54,996 bases of DNA from a virus (Duplodnaviria; Caudoviricetes), in the IMG/VR virus record IMGVR_UViG_3300037424_001001, positions 1-54,996 of that record. One strand, written 5' to 3'. The first letter of the stretch is position 1. Every line of letters starts with the position of its first letter. A program made the translations under genes and the position numbers. The notes under the pieces are model-generated. The model saw only the letters and a program-made list of their open reading frames with translations. It had not been told where the DNA came from and did not search any database. Below are positions 54,021 through 54,996 of the stretch, one piece after another.

Positions 54021-54172
54021 CAACCGAGGAACTGCGCGTAGAGATCAAGCAAATCAAGAATCCGGTGACGCTGCGCTCTCTTATGGGGATGATCTCCGGG
54101 ATGTTGGGGCGGGGGTCGATCTCTCCTGAGCATCAGAAGAAGATGCAGGAGGGCAGGAAGAAAGCCAAATGA
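54017..54172 (+). CDS. Small basic protein (51 aa)
   Basis: ATGA-coupled; MTTEELRVEIKQ...KKAK. Confidence 0.5.
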   Translation: MTTEELRVEIKQIKNPVTLRSLMGMISGMLGRGSISPEHQKKMQEGRKKAK

Positions 54173-54185
54173 GAAGGAAAGGAGT

Positions 54186-54225
54186 AAAAAAGAAAGCCCC
54201 CTGGAGCAATCCGGGGGGCCTTTTT
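54186..54225. terminator. Bidirectional intrinsic terminator
   Basis: GCCCCCTGGA-GCAA-TCCGGGGGGC flanked by A- and T-tracts, between convergent genes. Confidence 0.8.
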
Positions 54226-54226
54226 G

Positions 54227-54643
54227 TCATTTCTCCGCCATTGCCTTTTCTCTGGCCAACGCTCGAGCCTTCGGCCAGGATCCCAACCGGGCGTAGACCG
54301 TGCCGATATTGTAGTGTGCATTGCGGTTGAACTCCCGGGTGGTCCTGTACTTCACGACCTCGGCCAGCAGTTGCTCGTCGGTAACGCGCCGATCACCCAA
54401 ACGACGCCTGTTTGCCGCTCCTCGGGAGGGGTGTCCAACGCTTCGGCACTCGGGAAGCATTTCCTTTCGGGGGACAAACAGGTGATCAATATCCATTCTT
54501 TTGCAAAATCCCCGCAAGGTTTTCCTGTGAATCCCCAACGCCTCGGCGGTCATTGCTCTACTGCACCGCATCCCGGCATAATGTTCGACCGCCTGGCGCA
54601 GGCTGCCGTACTCCTCACGGATTTTCTTTATCTTTGATGTCAC
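54227..54643 (-). CDS. HTH-containing protein
   Basis: TAEALGIHRKTLR. Confidence 0.6.
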   Translation of the reverse strand: MTSKIKKIREEYGSLRQAVEHYAGMRCSRAMTAEALGIHRKTLRGFCKRMDIDHLFVPRKEMLPECRSVGHPSRGAANRRRLGDRRVTDEQLLAEVVKYRTTREFNRNAHYNIGTVYARLGSWPKARALAREKAMAEK

Positions 54644-54851
54644 TGTCTACCTCCTTGCATTTACCGGCGCAAACGACCATCAGGCGCTTCTTGTCCAGAC
54701 TACGAATCAAAAAGTCCTTGCTGCCGTTCCTGATCGAGTTGAATGTGGCACGATGTTCCCAAGTTTCCCCGCGGAATTTCACCTTGACCATCAGTACCCC
54801 CTGGGTGACAAATTGCGCTGATATGACGGCAACCGTACTATCAGATATCAC
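54615..54851 (-). CDS. Hypothetical protein
   Basis: Co-oriented ORF; start uncertain. Confidence 0.5.
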   Translation of the reverse strand: MISDSTVAVISAQFVTQGVLMVKVKFRGETWEHRATFNSIRNGSKDFLIRSLDKKRLMVVCAGKCKEVDSDIKDKENP

Positions 54852-54870
54852 GGTTGCCGTCTATTCCCTG

Positions 54871-54996
54871 TTAGGGTGATTCGGGGCCTTTCAGCCGCTC
54901 GTACAATTCCAGCCAGGCAAAGACAATCGGCGGTGGCCTGCGAGCGTTTTTCGTCCCCTCGGCTTCCCACCCTTGCCAGGTCGCGTAAGGGGTGCC
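54871..54996 (-). CDS. HTH (XRE-like) protein, partial
   Basis: GTPYATWQGWE...RRPP; runs off the right end. Confidence 0.55.
   Translation of the reverse strand, partial: GTPYATWQGWEAEGTKNARRPPPIVFAWLELYERLKGPESP

Larger units (their letters stand above)
1..54996. mobile_element. Tailed bacteriophage genome (podovirus-like), large fragment
   Basis: Terminase, portal, scaffold, capsid, adaptor, nozzle, tailspike, ejection and lysis genes are present. There is no tape-measure, sheath or tube gene and no host housekeeping gene. Confidence 0.95.

Noticed and set aside
1-54996. Integron integrase or phage integrase
   Set aside because: No ORF with tyrosine- or serine-recombinase motifs is recognisable; one could lie outside the window.
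1-54996. tRNA genes, stop-codon recoding, terminal repeats
   Set aside because: No cloverleaf was seen, core genes are intact in the standard code, and the window ends share no sequence.

Overview
The window is most of a ~60% GC tailed-phage genome with a podovirus-type gene set: TerS/TerL, portal, scaffold, major capsid, adaptor and nozzle proteins, tailspike, ejection proteins, M15 endolysin, a RecT/exonuclease/RusA recombination module, a replication initiator and a cytosine methyltransferase. No integrase, tRNA, rRNA, CRISPR array or reverse transcriptase is recognisable. The main discovery is an integron-type gene-cassette array at 119-4049 inside the phage's leftward early operon. It has 10 attC sites and 9 complete cassettes, and each cassette's core sites are complementary to one another. 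Every ORF is antisense to the attC polarity, and most stop codons lie in the R' (GTTA) site. The array ends at a bare GTT, and no intI is in view. A second highlight is a 4776-aa polyvalent virion protein (PPase-like, GGDEF, DarB-like MTase/SNF2, HExxxH peptidase, LPD38-like) whose linkers hide three SD-led +1-frame nested ORFs. Other oddities are a dual-frame C5-MTase, a terminase with a second degenerate nuclease domain, signal-peptide-like leaders on three structural proteins, a lysozyme remnant and a shared TTGCGA-N17 promoter motif. All family assignments come from motif recognition by eye and have not been checked against a database.
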